This document shows positions 20,301 to 30,615 of a stretch of 64,000 nt of DNA, piece by piece. The notes beneath the pieces are model-generated. The model searched no databases. It worked only from the letters and a program-made list of their open reading frames with translations, and was not told the DNA's origin. Made by a program: the position numbers and the translations under genes. Position 1 is the first letter of the stretch. Each line of letters begins with the position of its first letter. Origin of the DNA: a virus (taxonomy: Duplodnaviria > Caudoviricetes); the IMG/VR virus record IMGVR_UViG_3300021387_000994, positions 69,580 through 133,579 of that record; one strand, written 5' to 3'.

Positions 20301-20802
20301 AAAGAGTGTGAAAGTGACTACGACTCTTTTTAAACAGATGTCTAACCCTAATTTCGCCGCTTCAGGAAAGACTATGAGGATTGCATCTAACTTTGTCAGA
20401 AGTGTAAATGCAGTTGATATTGATAGAGCGTCTTCATTAACTGACATGTTTAAGTCGTTTGCTTCAATAGGTAAAGCGGGAAATGTTTTCAGTAGGTTTG
20501 ACAAACGAGTAAAACAATTTACAGAGGCATGCATCGAACTTGTAAATGCAATTAATGGTAATACTGAAGCTTTGAACAATAGTGATGAAGTTGTCACTAT
20601 TAAGAATGAGTTCGGAGAACAAGAAACAGTGAAGAGAAAGGATGCAGAACTTATGCCTAAACAGATGGTCATATTGAATGTCGAAGACCTTGCAAACGCT
20701 ATTGCAGACCAATTGAATAGTTTAAGTGTTGATTGTGATGCAAATATCAATCTCCAAATCAATAGTGAATCTGGAAATGAGTGGAGAATTTCAAGAATGT
20801 AA
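17341..20802 (+). CDS. Tail tape measure protein
   Basis: 1153 aa, helical, with a long Gly/Ala-rich hydrophobic repeat block and periodic W/F repeats. Late promoter. Adjacent to a chaperone-like pair. Confidence 0.7.
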   Translation: MPKAVSLNDVAGMLSTRGDISTIGGAIGCMSAMISGDARDKENTTSNDIKKIQEFILGDGGSLSSMIDSIHEAIADQTIEIQKIIEGNKEKKLVKSDISKMIKTATDGLEKRLDRIIDSLRKIGKDQGGSMKWGKTKRERDSIEQFRLSLNDKKKMKESKIGKLVSMLSELKAVSLKDLLTFRPKIKLLDNLNPQINSLAKNINSKNVAKVSDFLEKSPKMFENLNLSIRLARFIKQKELDKFYDILGVDDKKKPKKRSILGLLTSFSELNEATLNKSKKNVAMVFKMVRDICSGVAVLVVATPVILAAGILSKPLEWAFFGFSKSGDGGIMGLLTKLSKKRKTIRDANEAIVSMSLGFVALGAGLGLLFSLTKKIEWVQLARVAATTVVFGTLTTLLGKFKKPIKTGVESMLMLSAGIVSLGIGLGLLFKLTKGVDWEQMSIVGTSVLGFGLIAATFGKFDRTIQKGSIAMVMMSLGITTLGLGMGVLFGLTKNITWKQMSVVGASMAMLGVVTLGLGVINKTGMVVEGAIAMGVLGLALIPFGLSMKLLMSSVRGLKWSEFGVFASTTLLLGSAVIGLGALMCTGVGAIAWTAGLAAIGGLGLALIPFGKGMQQISRAANGVDNKAIENLVDSAKKIIVTLSSAATRKERRNARKNARLMKSIGGSLNGVAKSLKTFNEVSSSSIEKAIDSIKKISEFFFGEKGMSKYGLDWKKRIKSKKEADTIGQVSSIMHRLSTGLKIFNEVAPTSIDKAMDAVKKIAEFFFSPNSGLNKLNASWSNRRKAKKTSDTIVQISNCIFKLSKGLKDFNEVSESSISKAKKAIHNIAHYFFSPSSSLNKMNVDWMKRKKGKKNADAIGAIGDSMYKISKALKEFNEIGDKAVNRMMETVDKIANYFFDSKKKVNTGKSWKIQRSMEYIADGLSYFDDKTKDIDSKRLIENFDVFNKVSSQILDKWKTDYRDTATDINKSMSILVNSFNDAGSKYRKSVKVTTTLFKQMSNPNFAASGKTMRIASNFVRSVNAVDIDRASSLTDMFKSFASIGKAGNVFSRFDKRVKQFTEACIELVNAINGNTEALNNSDEVVTIKNEFGEQETVKRKDAELMPKQMVILNVEDLANAIADQLNSLSVDCDANINLQINSESGNEWRISRM

Positions 20803-20841
20803 TTTTTTTGTTATATTTAATTTAATAATAAAAATATTTTT

Positions 20842-21837
20842 ATGGAAGATAATTTGACTTACGAAGAACAAGTAGAAAGAGAGTTTAACTTGACACAAGA
20901 ACCACAACAAAATGATATTATAAAAGATTTGGGTAAGGTGGATATTACAAGAGGAACTCATAGTGATGGTGTACAAGATGATGAGAATGTTAAGAGAATT
21001 AACAATATGATTGGTTATCTAAACATTCCATTGGAAACACTTCCTTCACAGGGAAGATACTATCCAGAAAATACAAGAATCAGTATCAGAGCAGCACGTG
21101 TCGGTGAGATACGTGAGTTCTCAACTATTGATGAGGAAGACCCAAAAGATGTCGCAGACAAACTTACATATATCATATCACAATGTTGTAAGATTTATTA
21201 TGGAAATGTACCAGGTCATTATAAAGACATTATTGTCGCTGACCGTATTGTATTAATTTTCAAGATTCGTGAATTGACATTTGTAGATGGTCAGTCATCA
21301 ATTAAAATTCCTGTTCCAAATGGGGCATGTAAGACTGTTGGTTGTAAACCACAGGAATATATTTTGTTTAATTCAAATATGTTCAAATTTATGAAACCCG
21401 ATGAGGAACTTGAAAAGTATTATGACCCAATCAATCGTTGTTATAACGTACACACAAAAAGCTTTGGGATGATTACTCTATACATCCCTACAATTGGTAC
21501 TTGGACTGCTGTGTCTGATTATGTGAGAAATGAATTGCAGAATAATCGTAAGATTGAGGAGACGGTTTCAGAAATGGTTCAGTTTCTTGTAAAGGATTGG
21601 AGGGGTCTTAATGATAGGTCAATCTTTACAAAGATTTCAGAAATTTCAGGATGGGATACGAAGAAATTCAATCTCGTATATCGTCTTATTGAGAAAATAA
21701 ATGTCGGTATCGAGTTTGAGGTTACTGATACTTGTGAAAATTGTGGAGGTGAAATAAAGGTTCCTATTTCCTTTCCCGACGGATATAAATCAATATTTGT
21801 TCAGACAATTTCAGATATCGGAGACGAACTTCTATGA
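20842..21837 (+). CDS. Baseplate hub / tail assembly chaperone (T4 gp26-like)
   Basis: LPSQGRYYP, DRIVLIFKIRELTF and C-terminal CENCG. Confidence 0.7.
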   Translation: MEDNLTYEEQVEREFNLTQEPQQNDIIKDLGKVDITRGTHSDGVQDDENVKRINNMIGYLNIPLETLPSQGRYYPENTRISIRAARVGEIREFSTIDEEDPKDVADKLTYIISQCCKIYYGNVPGHYKDIIVADRIVLIFKIRELTFVDGQSSIKIPVPNGACKTVGCKPQEYILFNSNMFKFMKPDEELEKYYDPINRCYNVHTKSFGMITLYIPTIGTWTAVSDYVRNELQNNRKIEETVSEMVQFLVKDWRGLNDRSIFTKISEISGWDTKKFNLVYRLIEKINVGIEFEVTDTCENCGGEIKVPISFPDGYKSIFVQTISDIGDELL

Positions 21838-22081
21838 TAACGTAATCATAGCAATGGAGAATCTTCACATGGACTATGCTACGATAATGAACCTTTGGAT
21901 GTATGATTTTCAGAACATACTAGAAAGATATGGTAAGATGATTGAAGAAAGAAAGGAAGATGAGAAGAAACAAAATGAAGAATTTGAGAAATCTTATCCA
22001 ATACCATCACCAGATAAGTATCTGAAGGGATATGGTTCTAATTTTCCAAAGATTCCAAATATGAATAACGTAAAACTATAA
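21797..22081 (+). CDS. gp51-like partner, possibly a +1 frameshift extension of the upstream chaperone
   Basis: LHMDYATIMNLWMYDF...IEERKE resembles the gp51/gpGT pattern. Overlaps the upstream ORF in the +1 frame. Confidence 0.6.
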   Translation: MFRQFQISETNFYDNVIIAMENLHMDYATIMNLWMYDFQNILERYGKMIEERKEDEKKQNEEFEKSYPIPSPDKYLKGYGSNFPKIPNMNNVKL

Positions 22082-22115
22082 AAAAAGAGAGGTGTTTAAA
22101 ACACCTCTCTTTTTT
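22081..22115. terminator. Bidirectional terminator
   Basis: AAAAAAGAGAGGTGTT-loop-AACACCTCTCTTTTTT. Confidence 0.9.
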
Positions 22116-25100
22116 ATACTTTACCCAAATCATTTACATCTTTTGTCACTCTTTTCTTTTCAGAAAGTTTATCTAGTTTTTTCAAAACATTTCCAATCTT
22201 TTCACTCGTGTCAAGTTTTCCAAGATTTCTTACATTTTCTTGTGTTCCTTGATTTGGATATATATTCTCAATTTCTTCCACTATCGGTCTTGTTGTTTCA
22301 TCCGGAGTCACATCACCGATATATTCTTGTGTGTGTCTTCTGTTATCTGTAGGATAGATGTTTCCAAGTTGTGAGACATTCTGTCTTGTTGTTTCATCTT
22401 GTGTAACGTCACCGATATGTCTTTGAACAAGTGGAGTATCTTGTTGTGGATATATGTTGTCTATAACCTCCACTATCGGTCTGTTTGGGTCATTTGGCAA
22501 CACATCACCCAAGTTACTTACGTTTCTACTATTATTAACTGTCGGATAAACATTTCCAATCTGTGTAACATTTGGTACTTGTGGGTCGTTTGGTAGAACG
22601 TCACCCAAGTTTCTTACATTTACACCCGATTGTTGATTTGGATATATATTTCCTATATTCGTTGTGTTTGGAACTTGTGGGTCGTTAGGTAGAACGTCAC
22701 CAATATATCTTTGTCTTCTTGGTGTGGTAAGTGTCGGATAAACATTTCCAATCTGTGTAACATTAGGTACCTGTGGGTCGTTTGGTAATACATCTCCAAT
22801 ATAACCTTCTATCGGTGGAGTAGTATTTTGTGGATACACATTTCCTATATTACCGATTGGTGGAACTTGTGGGTCGTTTGGTAATACATCTCCTATATAC
22901 CCTTGAATTGTTGTTCTTCTATTTGGTGGATACACATTTCCTAAATTACCGATTGGTGGAACTTGTGGGTCGTTTGGTAATACATCATCTATTGTGCTGA
23001 TTATATATGATGGATTGTCACTCGGCAATACATCACCCAAACCAGTTACTATTCCGTTTGACATTGTTGTATTTACACCATTAACAACAACTCCACTTCC
23101 ATGTTCCATAGGTACTGATTCCAAGTTGTCGTTATCATTGACATTACCTATTCGTTTTACATATCCGTTTGCAACGACAGATGTTACACCATTGAGTTGT
23201 GGAACGCCAAGATTAATTGTTGTGTTGTTTGTATCAGGAGAAGAGTTATAGTCTATTGTACCAACGGTACTTGTATTGTTGCCTGGGAAAACTATATGTT
23301 CTATTTCTTCCAAATATGAACTATATACATTACCTCTATCTTGTCCAACTGATGCAGCCACACTTGTGGCGAGATATTTGAATAATCGTTCAAACTCTTT
23401 TCTTGACTCGGTTAAATTCTCATTTACAGATTCAATTGCACCATGTGTTGCAATACCTTCCATATATTTGTCTTTCATTTCAACACCTCTGTTTCTATTT
23501 AACCTTAGTCTTCTATACTCTTCAAAATCGTCATTATTGACATTACCTAATGGAGACTTGTCAAAATATCCATGTTTAACAACTTCATAATTTTGTGAAC
23601 CATTATCTTTTGGTGTATTTTCTAGTGGGTCGTTGATATTCACATTTCCAAGACTTGAATACTTGTTTCTTTTGGTTTTTGAAATGATTCCGAGTATATT
23701 TGGAACTTTTCTGTCATCTTTTATAGATTTTTCAAACTTGTCATTTTCATTCACATTACCTATGGATGAAACCATATAGTCTTGTACGGTTGAATTTATT
23801 CCATTAAGTTGTGGTTCGTCTATCTGTGAATTAGAACGTTCTTTTGCTGGGTCGTTAAGATTGACGTTACCAAGTGGAGAGTTCAACATATAGTTCATCT
23901 TATTAAGCAAAGTTTCAGGATGTTCTGATTTCTGTTGTGGAACAGTACTATGTCCGTCAAGTCCCTCCAAATCACCAGTAAATTCTATGTTGTTCTCTTG
24001 AACTTTAATTCTTCTATTGTTGTCATTGACGTTCAAAAGACCATTTAATTTTGGTTTTCTTGCATCAAATTTTTCAGAAGTCATTGTATATGCCTTTGTT
24101 CCAAGTGGATATTTTAACTCATCAAGTTTTTTAGCATTTCTATTTGAAATACTAACCGATGGTCTATGTGGTCCTCTTGAAAGATTTCTTAGAAGATTAT
24201 GTTTCATGTCTTCGAAAGGCAGATAATTTATCACACAGTCACTATAACTGAATGTGAAGTTTGTCATTCTCATATCACCACGGTCTGCATTAGAAATATT
24301 GTCGAAGATACTTCCGGTTTCTTCTGGTATAATTTCACATCCGAAGAATTTGAACTCGATTGCAGACATTGAATTGAGTGCAACTTCTACAATCTTTGGA
24401 ATATTAAGTTGTCCACTTTTTCTTATTGCCCTACCCAATGATGTTGTCATCTTATAGAAGTTCCTTATGTCATGTACAAAAACAGAACAATTAAATCTTC
24501 TGAGATTGACTGGTACACGTTCTCGACGGTACTGTGCATCATATACTGCATTAAAGTATTTGTTGAACATTCCACTAACTTTTAAATCAAGTGATTCGTA
24601 GATTGTTATAGATATTTTATTATCAATTGAACCACGAAAACTATCCTTTACACCATAATTGTTTTTGTATGCTTCGTCTAGACCGGTTATAGTCTGCATA
24701 AGATATGGGTACTCTGTTGTGAGTCTTGCCATACCACGAATAAAACCAAGCATGTCATATACGGTTTGTGGGGCATCTGGTATGGTTGTTTTGTTACTAT
24801 TTTGGAATGTTTGGTCATCTTCTACTCCAGACGACACATCACCAGTATGGAGTCTTGCATCCTCACTTGCCCTTCTAGAACCATTATATTTAATTTCCTC
24901 GTCATCTTCTATGTCCGATATTGATTCATTCACATCAATCAAATCGTTCTTTACATTTTCCAAATCCTTTTCTCTCTGTGAATATTGGTCATTCTCATAT
25001 TTGGCAGTTGTCTCTCTTACTTTCTGTATCAACTCACGTTCTTTTGATTCAAGATTTTCAAGTTGTTTTTTATAATCTGAAAGTTTTGAAATAGTGTCTG

Positions 25101-26415
25101 ATTCATTGACATCTACTGTTACGGTTATTTTTATCTTTCTATATTTACCACCTTTTTTGTATGCTTCAGAACCATCGAAAGTAGACATGCTGTTATCTAT
25201 TGGGAGTGCCGTATATGAACTATAATCAGATGGTTCTTCTGTTGTTATTGTACATGATGTGACTTTTACTGTAGAGGAATCAACAGATGAAACAATAGAC
25301 TGAACATTGTCTGGATTCCTGTCATATTGTGAAATTGTTGTCTGCAACATGGAATCCAACGATGAAATCGTATTGACAATATTGTTATATTGTTCCAATG
25401 AATGTGAAGACCTGTTTCCGGTTGGTTTGAGATTTATGACAGCATTGTCCATTCTGTTAAGAAGTTCTTTCAATTTATTACGGACGGCTGTTTCGAAAGT
25501 TTCTTTGTTGGCGGATGTTGATTGGTTTTCAAGTGCTTTGATTTGTCTTCTTATTTTTGACATTTCGTCTTGAACACGTTTCAGTTCATTCTCTGCATCT
25601 TTCTTTTCGTTTTCAATCTGTCTGTGGGCAGCCTTGTTCTCTTCATTGTCTAAATATTCTTGAAGTTCAACTATTTGACCAGATAATAACGAAGCGTTTT
25701 CTTGCAAATCTTCTTTTGAAACATAATCCGAAATCGACTTGGTTTCAGAACCGTCACCAAGTGAAAAGTGTCCACCTTTGTCTTGTGATGAACCAAAGTC
25801 CTTCACTTGTTTATCAACCATGTAAATATACTCAGTTGCACCATATGGAAGTCCATCTACATAGACATTATGTTGCATCCCATATCCTATCTCGGAATTG
25901 TTCGGAAATTTTTCTTTGGTGAGTATGGCAGATATATCATACGAGTTGACGGAAGAACGAATCAATGCTGAATAGTTGTTTCTCAAACAGTTTTCTATTT
26001 CGTCAGCAATATTTCTGACAGAACTTCTATCGTCTGTTTTGGTTCTGCCGGATGCAATACCGTCATATTCTCCAATTGTATAGAACAAAGGAGAATTTAG
26101 TTTGTCGATGGATAATGTAAATCCAGTAAAGATGGGGTCTTCGATGTCTGCATTTGAATTTCTGTATGAGAAATCATGTGAATACTGAGCACCCCAAAAT
26201 CTTTCTCTGGCTTTATGACCATTGGATGAAAACATAAATGTGTTGTCCAAATTTGAAAAACTCGGTCTGAAGTCTTCATCCAACATATCTCTATGTGATT
26301 CATCGAGATTTATGTTACCATTAGGATTACTAACTGGTGATGGTTCGTCTATATTTGCTGTAGGATGAACATAAGTACCATTTTTTTGGTCATTATATTT
26401 TATATCTTCTGCCAT
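22114..26415 (-). CDS. Large virion protein: tail-tube-initiator-like domain, coiled coil and long C-terminal repeat array
   Basis: ITIYESLDLKV ... VPVNLRRFNCSVFVHDIR ... FTFSY tube-like strands, followed by GNV/GDV repeats. Confidence 0.5.
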   Translation of the reverse strand: MAEDIKYNDQKNGTYVHPTANIDEPSPVSNPNGNINLDESHRDMLDEDFRPSFSNLDNTFMFSSNGHKARERFWGAQYSHDFSYRNSNADIEDPIFTGFTLSIDKLNSPLFYTIGEYDGIASGRTKTDDRSSVRNIADEIENCLRNNYSALIRSSVNSYDISAILTKEKFPNNSEIGYGMQHNVYVDGLPYGATEYIYMVDKQVKDFGSSQDKGGHFSLGDGSETKSISDYVSKEDLQENASLLSGQIVELQEYLDNEENKAAHRQIENEKKDAENELKRVQDEMSKIRRQIKALENQSTSANKETFETAVRNKLKELLNRMDNAVINLKPTGNRSSHSLEQYNNIVNTISSLDSMLQTTISQYDRNPDNVQSIVSSVDSSTVKVTSCTITTEEPSDYSSYTALPIDNSMSTFDGSEAYKKGGKYRKIKITVTVDVNESDTISKLSDYKKQLENLESKERELIQKVRETTAKYENDQYSQREKDLENVKNDLIDVNESISDIEDDEEIKYNGSRRASEDARLHTGDVSSGVEDDQTFQNSNKTTIPDAPQTVYDMLGFIRGMARLTTEYPYLMQTITGLDEAYKNNYGVKDSFRGSIDNKISITIYESLDLKVSGMFNKYFNAVYDAQYRRERVPVNLRRFNCSVFVHDIRNFYKMTTSLGRAIRKSGQLNIPKIVEVALNSMSAIEFKFFGCEIIPEETGSIFDNISNADRGDMRMTNFTFSYSDCVINYLPFEDMKHNLLRNLSRGPHRPSVSISNRNAKKLDELKYPLGTKAYTMTSEKFDARKPKLNGLLNVNDNNRRIKVQENNIEFTGDLEGLDGHSTVPQQKSEHPETLLNKMNYMLNSPLGNVNLNDPAKERSNSQIDEPQLNGINSTVQDYMVSSIGNVNENDKFEKSIKDDRKVPNILGIISKTKRNKYSSLGNVNINDPLENTPKDNGSQNYEVVKHGYFDKSPLGNVNNDDFEEYRRLRLNRNRGVEMKDKYMEGIATHGAIESVNENLTESRKEFERLFKYLATSVAASVGQDRGNVYSSYLEEIEHIVFPGNNTSTVGTIDYNSSPDTNNTTINLGVPQLNGVTSVVANGYVKRIGNVNDNDNLESVPMEHGSGVVVNGVNTTMSNGIVTGLGDVLPSDNPSYIISTIDDVLPNDPQVPPIGNLGNVYPPNRRTTIQGYIGDVLPNDPQVPPIGNIGNVYPQNTTPPIEGYIGDVLPNDPQVPNVTQIGNVYPTLTTPRRQRYIGDVLPNDPQVPNTTNIGNIYPNQQSGVNVRNLGDVLPNDPQVPNVTQIGNVYPTVNNSRNVSNLGDVLPNDPNRPIVEVIDNIYPQQDTPLVQRHIGDVTQDETTRQNVSQLGNIYPTDNRRHTQEYIGDVTPDETTRPIVEEIENIYPNQGTQENVRNLGKLDTSEKIGNVLKKLDKLSEKKRVTKDVNDLGKV
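22150..23050 (-). repeat. 96-nt (32-aa) tandem coding repeat GDVLPNDPQVP...GNVYP
   Basis: Five exact VLPNDPQVP copies at 96-nt spacing plus degenerate flanking copies. Confidence 0.9.
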
Positions 26416-26437
26416 TTTATTTTTTTCTTTGTATTAT

Positions 26438-28270
26438 TTATTCACTTTCACCATTGTCCATATTATTGAACCATGAACCTGTGGTATTGTCGAATCTATA
26501 TTTTTCGTTAATTGCTCTCCTTGCAAGGTCATATTCTGATTTTAAGTTTGGTTTATATTCTATTCTATTTAAAACAAGTTCTGTTTGGAGGCGTTTTTTA
26601 TTCTTGTTATATACTATTTTCATTTCTGTTACAACATACCAACCGGATAATGCTCTGTTAAATACACCTTTTAACGGGTCTTTTCTTTCACCTGATTCAT
26701 CATCGAAGAAAAGAATGTCGTCGTTGTTTTCTTGGACCATTTCCTTATAATTTTCGTTCCAATATTCCCTTATTTCTCTTCCTTTTAATTTATTTGATGA
26801 AATCGGGTTTTTGTCGAAAATATCAACCCATATTCTACTGAACTTTGTGATACTTGGATTGTAGTTCTGAAGACGAACATGGAGACCACATTTTTTCAAA
26901 CATCTCATTTGAAAATCATTTTGATATTTTGCAAAATAATAATGTTTGAAAGTGTTTGTTGTATCAACCTCTCCGACATTTACAAACGACTCCATTGAAG
27001 CGAGATTATCAGGAGAACTCATATCTGTATCAAGATACACATGGTTTGTTGTCTGTGTGAGATTTAATGGAATGTATGATGATTGTGACACTTCGTCGGG
27101 TAGTTCGGAAATCTGCTGACCGTCACCCTCACGTTCAAGATTGTCTATAGGTGCTATCACAAATTCACAATTTCTGCAACCCCAGTCACCAGTGTTTGAA
27201 TCAGCATAGGCGAGATGTACACGATATCCGTCATTAAGAGAACTACTTCCGTTATTTACTTCAGAATAAACTTCTATAAAGTTCGTCCATCCGGAAAAAT
27301 ATTCGTTGTTAGTCAAAAAGTAATAACTTACTTGTTGTTCTGTATTGAATAAATCATCATGACCATCTTTTATAACTATTTCGTTTTTTGTAAGTTTTTC
27401 TTTATTATCGAGAGGTTCATTCTCTGGTCTTGAAGCCTGCTGAATGTTTGAATAAATTATTGCCGGTGTGTCGGTTTTTTCTCCACCATGTGAAAGAAGA
27501 CTGTGACATTCAATGAAATTGAATACATAGTATTGGTCGATAAATGAAGTGAAGAATGAATATTGACTATAACAAGCATGGTTTGCAATACTTTTCATAA
27601 AGTCAAGAAGTGTTTTGTTCTGCTCATTATTCCACTGCATTTCATCTATCGTGTTGTCTTTTGTGAAGTTGGTTGCAAATCCAAGACCTGTGTATACGGA
27701 AAGGTTGAACAATGCTTGTCTTGCATTGGTTTTTGAATCACACCAAGACTCTTTCCTAGACCCACCAGGTACAGAAAGTGTTCCTGTTATCTTATATTTT
27801 AGAACACCACCTGTATTTTGGGTTGCACCTGGGTTTCCACTCCTGTTTATACTTGTGATTATGAAGTCTTGACGGATTGGTTTATAATACATTTCGTCAC
27901 CATAACCACCAATATATATCTGTACAGTACTACCTTCTTTCGGAAATGCTGTCGAAAGAAATGTATTATCCATGTCATAAAATTCAACCATCATTGTAGG
28001 CAAGAATGAAGAGTAGTCCAAATTGAAATTAACAAGACTCGTCTGTGGAATCCTGTATTCGTTAATTGTGACCAAAGGGAGTCTGAACGATATTCTTTCA
28101 GGATAGTTGTTCGGTCCTTTATGTTCAATCTCACTTATGTTCATCTGTGTTACGGCAAGTGATGGTTCAATCAACTGTGCAGTAGATATTTCTCCACCAT
28201 TTATGTTTATGTAATTACTGTTCAAATCCCCTACGGGAAAAATCTTACTTATAACTTCTTGGTCTGTCAT
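26438..28270 (-). CDS. Baseplate hub protein (gp27/GpD-like)
   Basis: N-terminal LPTMMVEFYD and C-terminal LSGWYVVTEMKIVY...TELVL, typical of hub proteins. Confidence 0.5.
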   Translation of the reverse strand: MTDQEVISKIFPVGDLNSNYININGGEISTAQLIEPSLAVTQMNISEIEHKGPNNYPERISFRLPLVTINEYRIPQTSLVNFNLDYSSFLPTMMVEFYDMDNTFLSTAFPKEGSTVQIYIGGYGDEMYYKPIRQDFIITSINRSGNPGATQNTGGVLKYKITGTLSVPGGSRKESWCDSKTNARQALFNLSVYTGLGFATNFTKDNTIDEMQWNNEQNKTLLDFMKSIANHACYSQYSFFTSFIDQYYVFNFIECHSLLSHGGEKTDTPAIIYSNIQQASRPENEPLDNKEKLTKNEIVIKDGHDDLFNTEQQVSYYFLTNNEYFSGWTNFIEVYSEVNNGSSSLNDGYRVHLAYADSNTGDWGCRNCEFVIAPIDNLEREGDGQQISELPDEVSQSSYIPLNLTQTTNHVYLDTDMSSPDNLASMESFVNVGEVDTTNTFKHYYFAKYQNDFQMRCLKKCGLHVRLQNYNPSITKFSRIWVDIFDKNPISSNKLKGREIREYWNENYKEMVQENNDDILFFDDESGERKDPLKGVFNRALSGWYVVTEMKIVYNKNKKRLQTELVLNRIEYKPNLKSEYDLARRAINEKYRFDNTTGSWFNNMDNGESE

Positions 28271-30615
28271 TATCTTACTCTGTATCTTTGTCCTTCAACT
28301 AATACATAGTCTCCGGATTTAATTCCGAAATCATTCACGAAAACTCTTCTTCCATCTTCGAGTTCCACCAATGTTCCATTTTCTGTTGTCATAATTGGAC
28401 TGACAATATCATCGTGATTGTCTATATCGACTCCATCAATTCCTCTGTCAAGACTATCATCGGTTGGTTCTGTTGTCCATTTTGTGTACCAGTAGAAAGC
28501 GTCATATGCCTTTGGTTTGTATTCCATTTTTCCATCGATTGTCATCCCATAATGAAGTTTGAACACATTCTTTGACTTCAACATATTGACACCACCTCTT
28601 TTACGATTTCCAGTCTTTGCTGCTCTCTTCATAATCATACGAGAAAAAAACTGTTTAAGTTTTTGATTACTTGCATACTTGTTGTCAATATTTTCATAAT
28701 AATAAATCCAACCTTTAAAATCAGTACCATCTTCATTTAAAATAGGCGATTTGTATGCACAAATTTCATTTCCACGTTCTTCTAACTCATCGATTCTTTT
28801 TTGTAACTTTTCTGCCTTTTTCTTTTGCTTATCTTCATTTATTTCAGATACTTGTGTCTCTAATGCTTCCATTTGCTGCTCATAACTGTCAGTCTCATTA
28901 TAGTATATTGGAGACAAAGTATTCTCTATTAGTTCTTTACCTTCGAGACATTTTCCTGTAAATAATTCAATTATAGAATCTATAAAGTCAAGTAACCATT
29001 TGATATTTAATATATCAATAATTTTTTCCTTTATAATTTTTGCACTATTTAGTCCATTGAGCATTATTTTAACGAGATTGTCTATCTGTTTAATTATGTC
29101 TATACCGAAATTTATAACCCTTCTTAATTCGTTGAATATCACTTTTGCACATTCAAACCATCTCAAAACTTTATATAATGGGTTGTCGAAACAAGGACCA
29201 AGTGATGTAGGACATGGAATTTGTGAAACTGTAACTGTAATAGTTACAGTTAAGTTTTTAAGGGTTTCTTTGATTGAATCACAATCCATTTCTATAGCGT
29301 CACAACAATCGTCGATATATTTTGAACCACTCATCTTATTCGGGTCTCCGGTGAAAAATTCCTTTATTTCAAATATGGATTGCTTATATTGCTTTTCCAT
29401 AATTGTCCATTCGTCTTTAATGTTCATTCCGAACATCTTGATGTCTTGTTCAAATCGTTTAAGTTCAACAAGTGCAGTCTCTTTCATCTTCTGTGCCATC
29501 TTGGCTCTTTTGGCTTGTAGTTTAGCCTTTCTAATATCTTTGGCGACACTTCTTTTTGCAATCTTTTCTTCTTCTGTAAGAGATTGCATACTTTTTCTTC
29601 TTTCTTGTGCAGAAGATTTTCTTTTTTCTCTGAGAATTGCTCTTATTTTCTTTTTGTCCCCTTCGGCTTCTTCAACGATTCTCTTATACTCATCAGATTC
29701 TTTGAACTCTCTTGTTTTTTCTGATAATGTATTATGGGTGTTATCTACTTTTGCTTTACCAAAAGCGAGAACCGTATCAAGATTAAGATACGGTAACTTA
29801 TCTATACCGGCAGCAATAAGACCTATATGAGTTGCAAATCCAATGAAACCTGTTGTTATTTTTCCAATGTTGAAATTTCTTGCAATGGTTGAAACCGTAT
29901 CTGTTGCAACTGAAGCAAGTTCTCCACCCATAGAGCCATCTCTACTTGATTCTGAAATCATATCAAGTTGTTTTGTGGTATCTTCTTTTACCATATATTC
30001 ACTGAATGCTTCGTTCAAATAGTCGTTGGTTTTTTTCATTGTATCGTTTATCGTATCAATAACGGGTTGTAGTTTGCTTTTGACTCCTTTATTTAACTCA
30101 TTTCCATTATCAACAATGTTATTAACACTATTTGAAATATCGTTCAATCCCTCATGTATATCTTCCACACTATCTTCAAGAAGATGTGATGCATCATTTG
30201 AACCAGTTATTGCATCTTCCAACAATCCAGGTGTACTTGTTGTCAAATAGTCTATGTTGTCGGTTGCACGATGCAGGGCGTTTACCATACCTTGTGTTGC
30301 ACCAGTGGCCACATTGGCATAATTGGTGAGTGTTCCCATGATGTTATTCACACTTCCTTCCAAAAAGTCTGATGGAAATTTTGTATATGCTTCTAGTATA
30401 ATGTTTATACGTTCCGAAAAGTCCTTAATTTTACACAACAGAATAGTTACCTCATCAATAACTTGTGAGGCAAATTCTTCTGGACTTGGAATAAGAACGA
30501 CACTTTTGGCAATTTGATTCATATAAGCCATCCTTTTGATTGCCGTCCTTACACTTGGCTTTATATATTTTCCACCCTTACTTTTATTTTCTAATGTTTC
30601 CATTTTTAACTCCAT
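28270..30615 (-). CDS. Hypothetical helical virion-operon protein
   Basis: 781 aa, coupled to its neighbours in a late operon. Confidence 0.55.
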   Translation of the reverse strand: MELKMETLENKSKGGKYIKPSVRTAIKRMAYMNQIAKSVVLIPSPEEFASQVIDEVTILLCKIKDFSERINIILEAYTKFPSDFLEGSVNNIMGTLTNYANVATGATQGMVNALHRATDNIDYLTTSTPGLLEDAITGSNDASHLLEDSVEDIHEGLNDISNSVNNIVDNGNELNKGVKSKLQPVIDTINDTMKKTNDYLNEAFSEYMVKEDTTKQLDMISESSRDGSMGGELASVATDTVSTIARNFNIGKITTGFIGFATHIGLIAAGIDKLPYLNLDTVLAFGKAKVDNTHNTLSEKTREFKESDEYKRIVEEAEGDKKKIRAILREKRKSSAQERRKSMQSLTEEEKIAKRSVAKDIRKAKLQAKRAKMAQKMKETALVELKRFEQDIKMFGMNIKDEWTIMEKQYKQSIFEIKEFFTGDPNKMSGSKYIDDCCDAIEMDCDSIKETLKNLTVTITVTVSQIPCPTSLGPCFDNPLYKVLRWFECAKVIFNELRRVINFGIDIIKQIDNLVKIMLNGLNSAKIIKEKIIDILNIKWLLDFIDSIIELFTGKCLEGKELIENTLSPIYYNETDSYEQQMEALETQVSEINEDKQKKKAEKLQKRIDELEERGNEICAYKSPILNEDGTDFKGWIYYYENIDNKYASNQKLKQFFSRMIMKRAAKTGNRKRGGVNMLKSKNVFKLHYGMTIDGKMEYKPKAYDAFYWYTKWTTEPTDDSLDRGIDGVDIDNHDDIVSPIMTTENGTLVELEDGRRVFVNDFGIKSGDYVLVEGQRYRVR

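Noticed and set aside
22150-23050. Periodic repeats resembling a CRISPR array or DGR template
   Set aside because: The period is 96 nt in frame with synonymous variation inside a CDS, and no cas or reverse transcriptase gene is present.
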